From contig JBDRDL010000024.1 of assembly GCA_043820925.1 (NCBI GenBank), forward strand, positions 1-27,537: 27,537 nt of DNA, written 5' to 3'. A model generated the notes under the pieces. That model ran no database searches. It saw nothing but the letters and a program-made list of their open reading frames with translations, and was not told the DNA's origin. Below are positions 1 to 8,114 of this stretch, piece after piece. Position numbers and translations under genes: made by a program. This stretch comes from Methanobacteriota archaeon (GTDB lineage: Archaea; Hydrothermarchaeota; Hydrothermarchaeia; Hydrothermarchaeales; JACRDW01). Positions within the stretch are counted from its first letter, which is position 1. The number at the start of each line of letters is the position of its first letter.

Positions 1-5
1 AACTG

Positions 6-425
6 ATGGAGAAAGTCGAGAGGTTCAGCATTTCAATCAGTCCAAAACTGCTTAAGAAGTTTGATGCAATTCTGAAAGAAAGGGGCTATGCAAATCGCTC
101 AGAAGGAATAAGGGATTTGATACGCGACTATATCGTTGCCAGCGAGTGGGAGAAAAAGGAGGGCGAGGTTATAGGTTCGCTTACTCTGCTGTACGACCAC
201 GATATTCGAGGCGTTTCCGACAGGCTGACCAATCTGCAGCACGACCATGCTGCCCACATTCTAACGAGCATGCACGTGCACCTCGACGAGCACAACTGCC
301 TCGAGGTTCTGGTAATAAGAGGAAGGGCAGAGGAAGTCAAAAAAATCTCTGACCAGCTCATAAGCTCCAGAGGCGTAAAGCACGGCAAGCTTGTTATGAC
401 GAGCGCGGGAAGAGAGCTGGAGTAG
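6..425 (+). CDS. nikR: Nickel-responsive transcriptional regulator NikR
   Basis: N-terminal ribbon-helix-helix (RFSISI...NRSEGIRDLIR) and Ni-ligand pattern QHDH...HVHLDEHNCLE. Lies upstream of an ECF metal transporter. Confidence 0.96.
   Translation: MEKVERFSISISPKLLKKFDAILKERGYANRSEGIRDLIRDYIVASEWEKKEGEVIGSLTLLYDHDIRGVSDRLTNLQHDHAAHILTSMHVHLDEHNCLEVLVIRGRAEEVKKISDQLISSRGVKHGKLVMTSAGRELE
380..401 (+). repeat. 22-bp direct repeat, copy 1, inside the nikR 3' end
   Basis: GCACGGCAAGCTTGTTATGACG, identical to 1164-1185. Confidence 0.95.
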
Positions 426-432
426 CGATATC

Positions 433-463
433 TATTTATGTAGGAAAGTTGGAATATCCTACA
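433..463 (+). promoter_or_regulatory. Putative TA promoter and operator
   Basis: TATTTAT box (433-439), then inverted repeat TGTAGGA-N11-TCCTACA (439-463), then RBS AGGTGA. Confidence 0.55.
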
Positions 464-473
464 GGTGAGAATA

Positions 474-740
474 ATGGAAGAAGCCGATATAACTGTAATG
501 GGTGAAAAAGGACAAATAGTAATCCCGAAGGAAATAAGAGACGAATTGAAGCTTGAACCCAGAACTAAATTTCTGGTAATCGGCTATAAAGATATGATAA
601 TGCTGAAGAAACTAGAGAAACCTGACTTAAAAAGAGAATGGGAGTTAATCAAGTGGATAGTTGATAAAAGGAATAAGAAATATGGAACCCTGACAGAAGA
701 AGAAATTAGAAAGGAAATAGAAGCTGTGAGAAGGAAGTAA
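474..740 (+). CDS. AbrB/MazE/SpoVT-family antitoxin
   Basis: MGEKGQIVIPKEIRDELKL AbrB motif, directly upstream of a PIN gene. ATG 474 preferred over GTG 465 because AGGTGA precedes it. Confidence 0.88.
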   Translation: MEEADITVMGEKGQIVIPKEIRDELKLEPRTKFLVIGYKDMIMLKKLEKPDLKREWELIKWIVDKRNKKYGTLTEEEIRKEIEAVRRK

Positions 741-745
741 TTTTA

Positions 746-1156
746 ATGGTCAGGGCTGTTTTTGATACAAACGTACTTGTCTCAGGAATTCTTCGGTCAG
801 GAAAAATCAAAACTCTTGTGGATGCAGCAGTGGATGGGAGAATACAGCTTATAACATCTGAAGAGATAATTGATGAGTTTTCCAGGGTAATAAAAAGACC
901 CAAGTTTAAATTGTCAAAAGAACAGCAAAACATTTTTGTGAATTTTGTTGCGAATTTGGCTTCAGTTGTAGAAACGAAAAGCGACTTCAAAGTTATTAAA
1001 GATGACCCAGCAGACGATATCATTTTGAATTGTGCATTTGATGGAAAAGCAGACTATATCGTCTCTGGAGATGAGCATCTATTGAAACTTAAAAATTTTA
1101 GAGGAATTAAAATCGTTTCCCCGAAAGAGATGATGGAAGCACTTAGACTGGATTGA
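746..1156 (+). CDS. PIN-domain (VapC-like) toxin
   Basis: VFDTNVLVS, IIDEF, DDPADDIIL and IVSGDEHLL acidic PIN motifs. Confidence 0.92.
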   Translation: MVRAVFDTNVLVSGILRSGKIKTLVDAAVDGRIQLITSEEIIDEFSRVIKRPKFKLSKEQQNIFVNFVANLASVVETKSDFKVIKDDPADDIILNCAFDGKADYIVSGDEHLLKLKNFRGIKIVSPKEMMEALRLD

Positions 1157-1163
1157 CCCTAGC

Positions 1164-1209
1164 GCACGGCAAGCTTGTTATGACGGTTACTGGGGAAAAA
1201 ATAGAATAA
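1164..1209 (+). pseudogene. Detached second nikR 3' end (repeat copy 2 plus tail)
   Basis: From 1165 it reads HGKLVMTVTGEKIE*, versus HGKLVMTSAGRELE* at the nikR end. Same length, same stop position. Confidence 0.85.
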
Positions 1210-1226
1210 ACACATCGCTTCGTCCA

Positions 1227-1266
1227 CTACATAGCAATAAGTTTTCGCACAAGCTTTGCTATGTAG
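1227..1266. repeat. 11-bp inverted repeat (hairpin)
   Basis: CTACATAGCAA (1227-1237) and TTGCTATGTAG (1256-1266). Confidence 0.8.
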
Positions 1267-1335
1267 ATTAGTTCCGGCTTACGCCTTCACTAGACAGGGC
1301 TAACCATTTTTTTTCATAGTAGCACTTTTTTAATA

Positions 1336-1375
1336 ATAGTAATATTTATATATTAGAAAGAAAACGTATTACTAT
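1336..1375 (+). promoter_or_regulatory. TATA box inside an inverted repeat; candidate NikR operator
   Basis: ATAGTAATA (1336-1344), TTTATATA box (1345-1352), TATTACTAT (1367-1375) overlapping the ATG at 1374. Confidence 0.55.
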
Positions 1376-2009
1376 GCATATTCCAGATGGATTTTTGAGC
1401 CCAAGTGTATGGGTGTCGATGTGGCTCATTGCCATTGTAATCCTAAGCTATTCTATTATGCGTGTAAACAAAAGGCTGGGAGAGAAGCATATACCGATGA
1501 TGGGCGTGCTGGCAGCCTTTATCTTTGCTGGGCAAATGTTGAACATGCCTGTGGCAGCAGGTACTTCTGGACACATGCTTGGAGGCGTGCTGGCAGCAAT
1601 ATTTCTTGGACCTTTCACAGCCAGCATAGTTATGGCAACCGTGTTTATAGTGCAGGCAGTATTCTTCCAGGACGGCGGAATCACAGCGCTGGGAGCAAAC
1701 ATGTTTAATATGGGGCTGATAGGCACGATACTTGGATACTACCTCTACCAGGGGATAAGGAAAGCTGTCGGCGGTAGTAGAGGGATACTAATTGGAGCAG
1801 GGATAGCAGGGTGGCTTGCTATTGTTTTGGCGTCGGCTGCATGCGCCGTTGAGCTCGCTCTTTCAAATACATCCCCGCTAAATCTTGCACTGCCGGCGAT
1901 GGTCTCGATTCACGTTATAATTGGGATAATTGAGGCGGTTATTACAGTTGTAGTCGTAGGTTATGTCCTAAAAACAAGACCAGATTTGCTTGAACTTTCA
2001 AAAATATAA
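1374..2009 (+). CDS. cbiM: ECF Ni/Co transporter substrate-binding component (CbiM/NikM)
   Basis: N-terminal MHIPDGFL metal-binding motif, GTSGH, DGGITALGAN, multiple TM segments. Confidence 0.93.
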   Translation: MHIPDGFLSPSVWVSMWLIAIVILSYSIMRVNKRLGEKHIPMMGVLAAFIFAGQMLNMPVAAGTSGHMLGGVLAAIFLGPFTASIVMATVFIVQAVFFQDGGITALGANMFNMGLIGTILGYYLYQGIRKAVGGSRGILIGAGIAGWLAIVLASAACAVELALSNTSPLNLALPAMVSIHVIIGIIEAVITVVVVGYVLKTRPDLLELSKI

Positions 2010-2018
2010 GGTGGTTAA

Positions 2019-2309
2019 ATGGCATTAAAATGGTATCATGGCTTGGTTGTGGCGCTGTTCATGGGGGTCGTGCTCTCAAACTTCGCCTCTTCGAGCCCGG
2101 ATGGCTTAGAGAAGGTTGCAGAAGACTATGGATTCTTGGAAAAGGGCGAAGGCCATGAAGTGATAGAAGCGCCGATGCCGGACTACGTAGTACCAGGTGT
2201 AAGCAGTGAGACAATAGCTGCCTCACTCGCAGGCTTGATAGGAACCCTAATAATGTTCGGGCTTGCATACGGAATAGGGAAATCGTTAAAGGGAAGTTCA
2301 GTGAAGTAA
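2019..2309 (+). CDS. PDGLE-domain membrane protein (NikN/CbiN-like)
   Basis: ASSSPDGLE and PMPDY motifs, two TM helices. Confidence 0.9.
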   Translation: MALKWYHGLVVALFMGVVLSNFASSSPDGLEKVAEDYGFLEKGEGHEVIEAPMPDYVVPGVSSETIAASLAGLIGTLIMFGLAYGIGKSLKGSSVK

Positions 2310-2452
2310 ACCATTCTTTTTCGTCACACTTTTTCTTTACGGTTTGGCGGGTGACATGAGCGAAGAAAAACAAAAATTAAAAATGATCATGGAATGGTGA
2401 ACAAGCAGAAGATATCTTCGCTATACCTCCAGGTGATGCCGAGGAGAGTAAT

Positions 2453-3202
2453 ATGTCAAAAATAATCGGAGCAGTAGGAAAAGGTGGATGTGGCAAAACA
2501 ACGCTGGTCGCTTTATTTCTTAAGAGTTTACTAGAAAAAGGAAAGGGTTTAATTTTGGTCATAGATGCCGATCCTAATGAGGGTTTGCCAAGCACCCTTG
2601 ATATAAAAAACTATTCAACTATCTCTAATGTTATGGAAGGGTCCAAAGGCGAAGTTGTAAATTTTAAAAAATTTGAAGATAAACTTGAATCTTTACTTTT
2701 AGAGAACGAGCAAGAGAGATATGATATTTTACTCATGGGGAGGGGAGAGGGGAAAGGATGTTATTGTTTGATAAATAATCTATTGAAAAGTTTTATCGAA
2801 AGAAGCATCTTAAGAAAAAACTGCTACGATTATATTTTGATGGATTGTGAGGCTGGACTTGAGCATGTTAGTAGAAAGACCTCCGACTCTGTAGATGACT
2901 TGGTTATAGTTACAGACTCTTCAAAAAAGGGCTTAGATACAATTCAACGTATAAAAGATATTTCAAAAGAAGTGAAAACCGAAGTTGAAAAATTCTACGT
3001 AGTCAGCAGCAGAGTTAAAGACGAAAAAATATCTAACAAAATAAAAGAGAGATGCACAGAGCTAGACATGTTTTATTTGGGAAATATTCCTTTCGACCCT
3101 TTGGTTGAAGAGTTTGATTTTGAAGGTAAAAGTCTGCTAGAGTTGCCGACAAACTCTCTTGCGTATAAAGAAGTAAGTGAAATGTTGGAAAGGATTTTAT
3201 GA
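2453..3202 (+). CDS. cooC: CooC/AcsF-family nickel-insertion ATPase
   Basis: Deviant Walker A GKGGCGKTT, IDADP, GKGCYC (CxC metal site), DCEAGLEHVSR. Confidence 0.88.
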   Translation: MSKIIGAVGKGGCGKTTLVALFLKSLLEKGKGLILVIDADPNEGLPSTLDIKNYSTISNVMEGSKGEVVNFKKFEDKLESLLLENEQERYDILLMGRGEGKGCYCLINNLLKSFIERSILRKNCYDYILMDCEAGLEHVSRKTSDSVDDLVIVTDSSKKGLDTIQRIKDISKEVKTEVEKFYVVSSRVKDEKISNKIKERCTELDMFYLGNIPFDPLVEEFDFEGKSLLELPTNSLAYKEVSEMLERIL

Positions 3203-3230
3203 GAGAAATAAGTTTAGGTAATGGTAAAGA

Positions 3231-4004
3231 ATGAAACATGACTTCATAGACAAGTATGCGGAGTTAGATACAGTAATTCATCGGTTAGACCCGAGGGTTA
3301 AGACAGTTTCCTTCATCTCTTTCATATTTTTTGTAATTTTTACTCCGCCGAGTGAGTTTTTAAATTTCCTATTCTATTTTGTCTTAATTTTCGGCGTTAT
3401 TTTAATCTCAAAGGTACCATTAAAATTTGTTTTCAAACGCTCTCTCGTAATAATCCCTTTTGTTCTGTTTGTGGCTATTTTTATCCCATTCTTTAAGCAA
3501 GGGGAAATTGCGGGTTCGTACAGCTTTGGCTCTCTGCACTTGACGCTGAGCTACGGCGGATTAATAATCCTGTGGAACGTCTTGGTTAAATCCTGGCTCT
3601 CGGTGTTTGGCATGCTCCTGCTTGCTTCAACCACGAAGTTTCCAAGACTCTTGAAGGGCTTCGAAAAGCTGAAGATGCCAGAGCTCATGGTCATGCTTCT
3701 ATCGTTCTTCTATCGCTACGTTTTCGTGCTCGTGGATGAGGCGATGCGGATGAAGAGGGCAAGGGACTCGAGGAGCTTCGGTGGCTACAAGGTGCGGCAA
3801 ATGAGAAGCACTGGAAATATTATTGCAACGCTGTTCGTGAGGGCATATGAGCGGGGTGAGCGGGTATATGCTGCGATGGTTTCGAGGGGTTTCTCAGGCA
3901 GGATAAAGACCCTGGGCGAGTCTAGGGTCGGCAGGCTTGACCTCTGCTTTCTGGTACTCTTCATGTCCTGCCTTGTTGTGATAAAGTTGGGGATACTATG
4001 GTGA
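3231..4004 (+). CDS. cbiQ: ECF transporter T component (CbiQ/NikQ)
   Basis: IHRLDPRVK, ARDSR and AMVSRGF Arg motifs, TM segments. Confidence 0.93.
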   Translation: MKHDFIDKYAELDTVIHRLDPRVKTVSFISFIFFVIFTPPSEFLNFLFYFVLIFGVILISKVPLKFVFKRSLVIIPFVLFVAIFIPFFKQGEIAGSYSFGSLHLTLSYGGLIILWNVLVKSWLSVFGMLLLASTTKFPRLLKGFEKLKMPELMVMLLSFFYRYVFVLVDEAMRMKRARDSRSFGGYKVRQMRSTGNIIATLFVRAYERGERVYAAMVSRGFSGRIKTLGESRVGRLDLCFLVLFMSCLVVIKLGILW

Positions 4005-4813
4005 GGAAGGCGCTGGAGATTAGGAATTTAGAGTACACCTATCCGGATGGCGCTAAAGCATTGAAAGGCGTTAGCATGGATGTCTTTGAAGGCGAAAGCG
4101 TTGGAGTAATAGGTCCGAACGGCGCTGGCAAATCCACTCTGCTGCTGCATTTAAACGGGATTCTCAGGAGCAAAAACGGAGAAATTAGGGTTATGGATAT
4201 GTGCATGGAAGACGGAAATCTCCAGAAGATTAGGAGAAAGGTAGGACTGGTTTTTCAGGACCCGGACGACCAGTTATTCTCGCCTTCGGTCTTTGACGAT
4301 GTCGCCTTCGGTCCCCTGAACCTCGGTCTTTCAAGGGGAGAAGTGGAAGAGAGGGTTGCGAAAGCGCTGGAGCAAGTTAACATGCTCGGCTATGAAGGAA
4401 GGTCCCCGCATCACCTGAGTTTTGGAGAGAAGAAAAGGATTTCTATAGCAACTGTGCTCTCAATTCAGCCAGAAATTCTGGTCCTGGACGAGCCCACGAG
4501 CAATATCGACCCGGGCACTAGAAGGGGGCTGATAGAGCTGCTGAATGGATTTGAGATAACGAAGATAATAGCATCCCATGATATAGAGATGGTGGCCGAG
4601 GTCTGCGACAGGGTAGTCTTGCTGTACGACGGAAAGATGATTAAAAATGGAGATGCGGGGGAGATACTAACCGATGCCAAGCTTCTGGAATCTCATAGAC
4701 TGGAACCCCCGATTATGGTTCGGCTTTTCAGGGAAGCCGGGTACAGCAATGCTCCCCTGAAGCTGGGAGAGGGGATAAGAAAAATAAAAAAAATAAAGCA
4801 CAATATTTATTAG
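3998..4813 (+). CDS. cbiO: ECF transporter ATPase (CbiO/NikO)
   Basis: GPNGAGKST, FQDPDDQLF, LSFGEKKR, LDEPT. Confidence 0.94.
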   Translation: MVRKALEIRNLEYTYPDGAKALKGVSMDVFEGESVGVIGPNGAGKSTLLLHLNGILRSKNGEIRVMDMCMEDGNLQKIRRKVGLVFQDPDDQLFSPSVFDDVAFGPLNLGLSRGEVEERVAKALEQVNMLGYEGRSPHHLSFGEKKRISIATVLSIQPEILVLDEPTSNIDPGTRRGLIELLNGFEITKIIASHDIEMVAEVCDRVVLLYDGKMIKNGDAGEILTDAKLLESHRLEPPIMVRLFREAGYSNAPLKLGEGIRKIKKIKHNIY

Positions 4814-4835
4814 CTGGCTGGATAATAAATCAGTA

Positions 4836-5327
4836 ATGTTCAAAACATTAAGCAGCGCAACGAGGAGAGAGATTCTAAAAATTTTATCGAAAAAAGAGAT
4901 GCACATTTCCGGGTTGGCGAGGGAGCTGAAAATTTCTGTGCCTGTGGTTGCGAAGCACGTTAAAATCTTGGAAGAGAATGAACTTCTGGAAAGAAAGAAA
5001 TTCGGAAAAACGCATGTACTTAAAGCCGATTTAAATAAACTTTACAAAGCCCTCGATGCCTTCAGCGAATCCTTCGAGCTGAAGCTACCAAAGGGTTCGA
5101 GCATTCTGGACGCCCTGAAGGAAGTTTCAGGAGTTAAAGTGGAACGCATCGGAGACAGAGAATTCGTCACAAGCATAGACGGCGAGGAGGGCTACTACAT
5201 CTACGAAGTAAACGGAAGCACTCCAAACATATCGATGAACAAATTTCTGCTTAAAAAAAATGCAAAAGTTGAGCTGAAGAAATTAGTTCTGATAAAGAGG
5301 AAGGAGATGAAGATAAAAATCAAGTAG
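4836..5327 (+). CDS. ArsR-family wHTH regulator with an extra C-terminal beta domain
   Basis: TRREILKIL...ISGLARELKISVPVVAKHVKILEE wHTH. C-terminal FVTSIDG...YEVNG resembles DUF4430/transcobalamin-like domains. Confidence 0.8.
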   Translation: MFKTLSSATRREILKILSKKEMHISGLARELKISVPVVAKHVKILEENELLERKKFGKTHVLKADLNKLYKALDAFSESFELKLPKGSSILDALKEVSGVKVERIGDREFVTSIDGEEGYYIYEVNGSTPNISMNKFLLKKNAKVELKKLVLIKRKEMKIKIK

Positions 5328-6420
5328 CGCCTAGATATTTCTCTTCGAACTCCAGTACTTTCTCAATCTTCGCTTTCGTTGCCGGCTTTTTAGGAGCAGC
5401 GCTGCAGCCTCCAACTGGAACAATAGATTTTTCATATGTGCCTATTTTCTTTGCGAGGCTGATCACTTCGACCTTGTCGAAACTTATCAATGGTCGATAT
5501 ATCGGCACTGAGCATGCCTGGCTTATCACAAATAAATTATCCAGAGTCTGTGAGGCAACCTGTCCTAGGCACTCTCCAGTAGCAATGCCCTTTGCATTCT
5601 CCTCTCTGGCAATCTTTTCAGCAATCCTGTACATTTCTCTCTTGCAAGCCACGCAGCTGTAGTTGAATAAGCCTTCTTCCTTCAGGTCTTTTCTAACCTT
5701 CATAAGAAACTTTCCGTGGTTTACCTGCCTCAGCTTAATATCCGTCTGGTATTCTTTCAAAACCTCTACGACTGAAGCGACTCTGTTAAAAGCCTCTTCC
5801 CCAGCGAAAGGAAAAATATCCAGGTAAAGCGCAACCACATCGCAGCCCCGCTTCATCATCAGCCAGGCTGCAACTGGAGAATCTATGCCCCCTGAAATCA
5901 GGGCAACGACCTTGCCCTCGACTCCGGAGGGCAGACCTCCGAGTCCCTCGACTACCTCCTCGAAGATATAGCAGTCGTTGTCTCTAATTTCAATGAATAT
6001 CTCCCCCTCAGGATTCTTCAGCTCTACCTTTATCGGAATTTTTTTCTGTATCTTTGCCCCGAGCTTCCTTGCGACGTCCTGCGAGGTGAAATCATGCCTG
6101 CCTGTTCTTCTGACTCTGAGCGCAAAGCTTTTTTTTCCTTCTAAAGATTTCTCTGCAAACTCCAAGAAGAACTTCTCCAAATCCTCCAACCCGCAGCACA
6201 CACAGGGCGAGAAGGAGTGTATACCGAAGATTTTTTTCAATTTCTCTGGAGCTTCTTCTCCTGCTTCGACCCAGATTCTTCCCCTCTCCTTTTTTACTTT
6301 GCACTCAAGAGCTCGCTTTATGTTTTTAATCAAAACATTCTCCCATCCCCGCCTGACAGGCTCTGATTTTAGAGCTATTTCATCGTATCTTAATAAGTAA
6401 AGCATCTTAATTTGCGGCAA
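5320..6420 (-). CDS. thiI: tRNA 4-thiouridine synthase ThiI (no rhodanese domain)
   Basis: RYDEIALKS, THUMP domain, PP-loop SGGIDS, LGQVASQTL, CVAC plus a distal Cys. Start may be ATG 6405. Confidence 0.93.
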   Translation of the reverse strand: MPQIKMLYLLRYDEIALKSEPVRRGWENVLIKNIKRALECKVKKERGRIWVEAGEEAPEKLKKIFGIHSFSPCVCCGLEDLEKFFLEFAEKSLEGKKSFALRVRRTGRHDFTSQDVARKLGAKIQKKIPIKVELKNPEGEIFIEIRDNDCYIFEEVVEGLGGLPSGVEGKVVALISGGIDSPVAAWLMMKRGCDVVALYLDIFPFAGEEAFNRVASVVEVLKEYQTDIKLRQVNHGKFLMKVRKDLKEEGLFNYSCVACKREMYRIAEKIAREENAKGIATGECLGQVASQTLDNLFVISQACSVPIYRPLISFDKVEVISLAKKIGTYEKSIVPVGGCSAAPKKPATKAKIEKVLEFEEKYLGAT

Positions 6421-6476
6421 GGTTCACTTCATAAATTTTGGAAAGATAAAAATTAAAACAGATGTTTAAAGGTTGC

Positions 6477-7031
6477 TTATTTAACTTCCTCGAATGAAAA
6501 CTTGAAAGTGTATTTCTTCAATTGAAGATTAGGCACCGCACGAGCCGCAAAGACTACACGAGGAGGAAAATCCCCTGCCACCAAAATGCCACGGACAGGC
6601 TTCTGTTTCTTATCACTAAGAGCACCAATATAGGATAATATTTGAGCAACGCACTCAGGGTTAGCAGCGCCAGCTTTCAGTTCTACGACAACGATAGCAC
6701 CTTGCTGGTCTTCAGCTGTAATATCAATTCTACCAGCTTCAGTTGTTAGCTCCTTTCCTTCATCTATAATCTTTAGTCCTTGCTCAAGCTGTTCAATGTT
6801 AGAACGAAGAGCTATTTGGAGGTCACGCTCAAGCCCAAAAGTTGTTTCCATCGCCTCTATGACTTCTTCAGCTTCTGAAGGTTCATAGGTTCCCATTGTC
6901 AAATGAGCCTTTATTGCGCTGACCGTTCCTGGAGATACTCCAACTTTCGTAGCGATCTGCTCTCTGCTTAATTTTCCTTCCTTTATTAAGGCAATGATTT
7001 CAGATTTTTGATTTTCGGATATTGCACTCAT
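6477..7031 (-). CDS. HTH fused to a NucS/EndoMS-like PD-(D/E)xK nuclease domain
   Basis: N-terminal LSREQIATKVGVSPGTVSAIK HTH; ERDLQ, GRIDI, VVELK, QILSY nuclease motifs; RBS GAGGTGA. Confidence 0.8.
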   Translation of the reverse strand: MSAISENQKSEIIALIKEGKLSREQIATKVGVSPGTVSAIKAHLTMGTYEPSEAEEVIEAMETTFGLERDLQIALRSNIEQLEQGLKIIDEGKELTTEAGRIDITAEDQQGAIVVVELKAGAANPECVAQILSYIGALSDKKQKPVRGILVAGDFPPRVVFAARAVPNLQLKKYTFKFSFEEVK

Positions 7032-7085
7032 TTACTTTTCACCTCGGCAGTAAAGTTTATGTTTGGGGACAAATTTTCAACGCCC

Positions 7086-8114
7086 CTATAGTATGCAGTT
7101 GCATTTTATCTCCTGGTAATCCATCCCCAGCTTTTTCCACATCTCTATCGTCTCCTTGCAGAGCGCAACTCTCTTGTAGTTATATTCGTCCCTCAGGTAA
7201 TTGATCGCAGTCGAATACATCTTATACCTAGTCCCCAGTGGTATTTTTTTGCCCCAGTTTGATTTCTCTTTCAGGTACACGACCCAGCTTTTATCTTTAG
7301 CTGCATTTATCGTGCTCTGCAGTCCTCTAAGCGAGCCTAGAGTAATGCGCTCTGGTTTAAAACCGGAGAATATATCATCTATCAAATTCGCATAATGCCG
7401 CTCCCAGTTCTTTATCGGCACCATCGGATCTATTCTGATTCTAGTCTCATAGCCAGCTTCAAATACTTTCTTAGCTGCCTCGATTCTTTTATCAACGCTC
7501 GGCGCACCTTTCTCCCAAGTTTTTGAAACTTTCTCAGCATTTAAGGTAAAACTCACAATTAGATGGTTCTGTAAGTTTAGTTTCAGGATATTTTCTACCC
7601 TGTTTGATTTTGTTAAAAAGAGAACTCTGTGCTTGGTATTATTTGTGCTAAATAATTCACTAAGTAGAGAGGAAAATGCCTTGCTCGTATGCTCAGTAAC
7701 CAAAGAATCGGAAAGCTCACCAGAATTGAGAATCTCCGGGCGAGTACCATTTTTTGAAATGAATGCCTTCAGATGCGACTCAACCAACTTAAAATCTTTG
7801 ATATTTGGTCTACCATTCTTCCATTCCGGATGGAACCTATATGTGCCCTGCAAATAGCACCAAGCACAGTTGAAGTAGCAGCCGTTAGCCCATTTTAATT
7901 CCAAGAAGTGTGGGCAGACTACGTCGGTAGGTTTTTTCGGATATGATGTTTTGTTGAACAAGCAAATAATGGAACCATCGCCTACTTTCTCTACACGCCC
8001 CTCTAACTCTCCCTTTAGATTTCTAAATTTTCCTATCTCTATTTTTATGTCGCTCACTACTCTACCCCCAAGTAGGTCTTGCTGAACCAAGATTTTCTCT
8101 ATGCTGGCAGACAT
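7086..8114 (-). CDS. Radical SAM protein, spore photoproduct lyase-like family
   Basis: GCYFNCAWCYLQ (CxxxCxxC), GELSDS, LTKS, SFTLN, RIDP. Confidence 0.8.
   Translation of the reverse strand: MSASIEKILVQQDLLGGRVVSDIKIEIGKFRNLKGELEGRVEKVGDGSIICLFNKTSYPKKPTDVVCPHFLELKWANGCYFNCAWCYLQGTYRFHPEWKNGRPNIKDFKLVESHLKAFISKNGTRPEILNSGELSDSLVTEHTSKAFSSLLSELFSTNNTKHRVLFLTKSNRVENILKLNLQNHLIVSFTLNAEKVSKTWEKGAPSVDKRIEAAKKVFEAGYETRIRIDPMVPIKNWERHYANLIDDIFSGFKPERITLGSLRGLQSTINAAKDKSWVVYLKEKSNWGKKIPLGTRYKMYSTAINYLRDEYNYKRVALCKETIEMWKKLGMDYQEIKCNCIL

Larger units (their letters stand above)
380..1185. mobile_element. Toxin-antitoxin islet inserted in the nikR 3' end
   Basis: AT-rich AbrB+PIN pair bounded by a perfect 22-bp direct repeat. 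A second nikR tail follows the right copy. No recombinase gene. Confidence 0.75.

Noticed and set aside
1211..1295. Integron attC site after the TA pair
   Set aside because: I could not find a properly ordered RYYYAAC...GTTRRRY pair enclosing the hairpin, and there is no integron integrase in the window.
1210..1373. Cobalamin or NiCo riboswitch upstream of cbiM
   Set aside because: No B12-box-like motifs seen, and the TATA box sits about 25 bp from the ATG, leaving no leader.
2377..2452. Selenocysteine readthrough extending cooC upstream through an in-frame TGA
   Set aside because: A TAA lies two codons further upstream, there is no start codon, and CooC is already complete from 2453.
2310..3233. 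Terminal inverted repeat CATTCTTT/AAAGAATG around cooC
   Set aside because: Only 8 bp in AT-rich DNA, includes the cbiQ start codon, and has no target duplication. Compatible with chance.
7086..8114. Calling the radical SAM gene splB
   Set aside because: The expected H-donor Cys motif appears to be absent and the host is archaeal, so only family-level similarity is supported.
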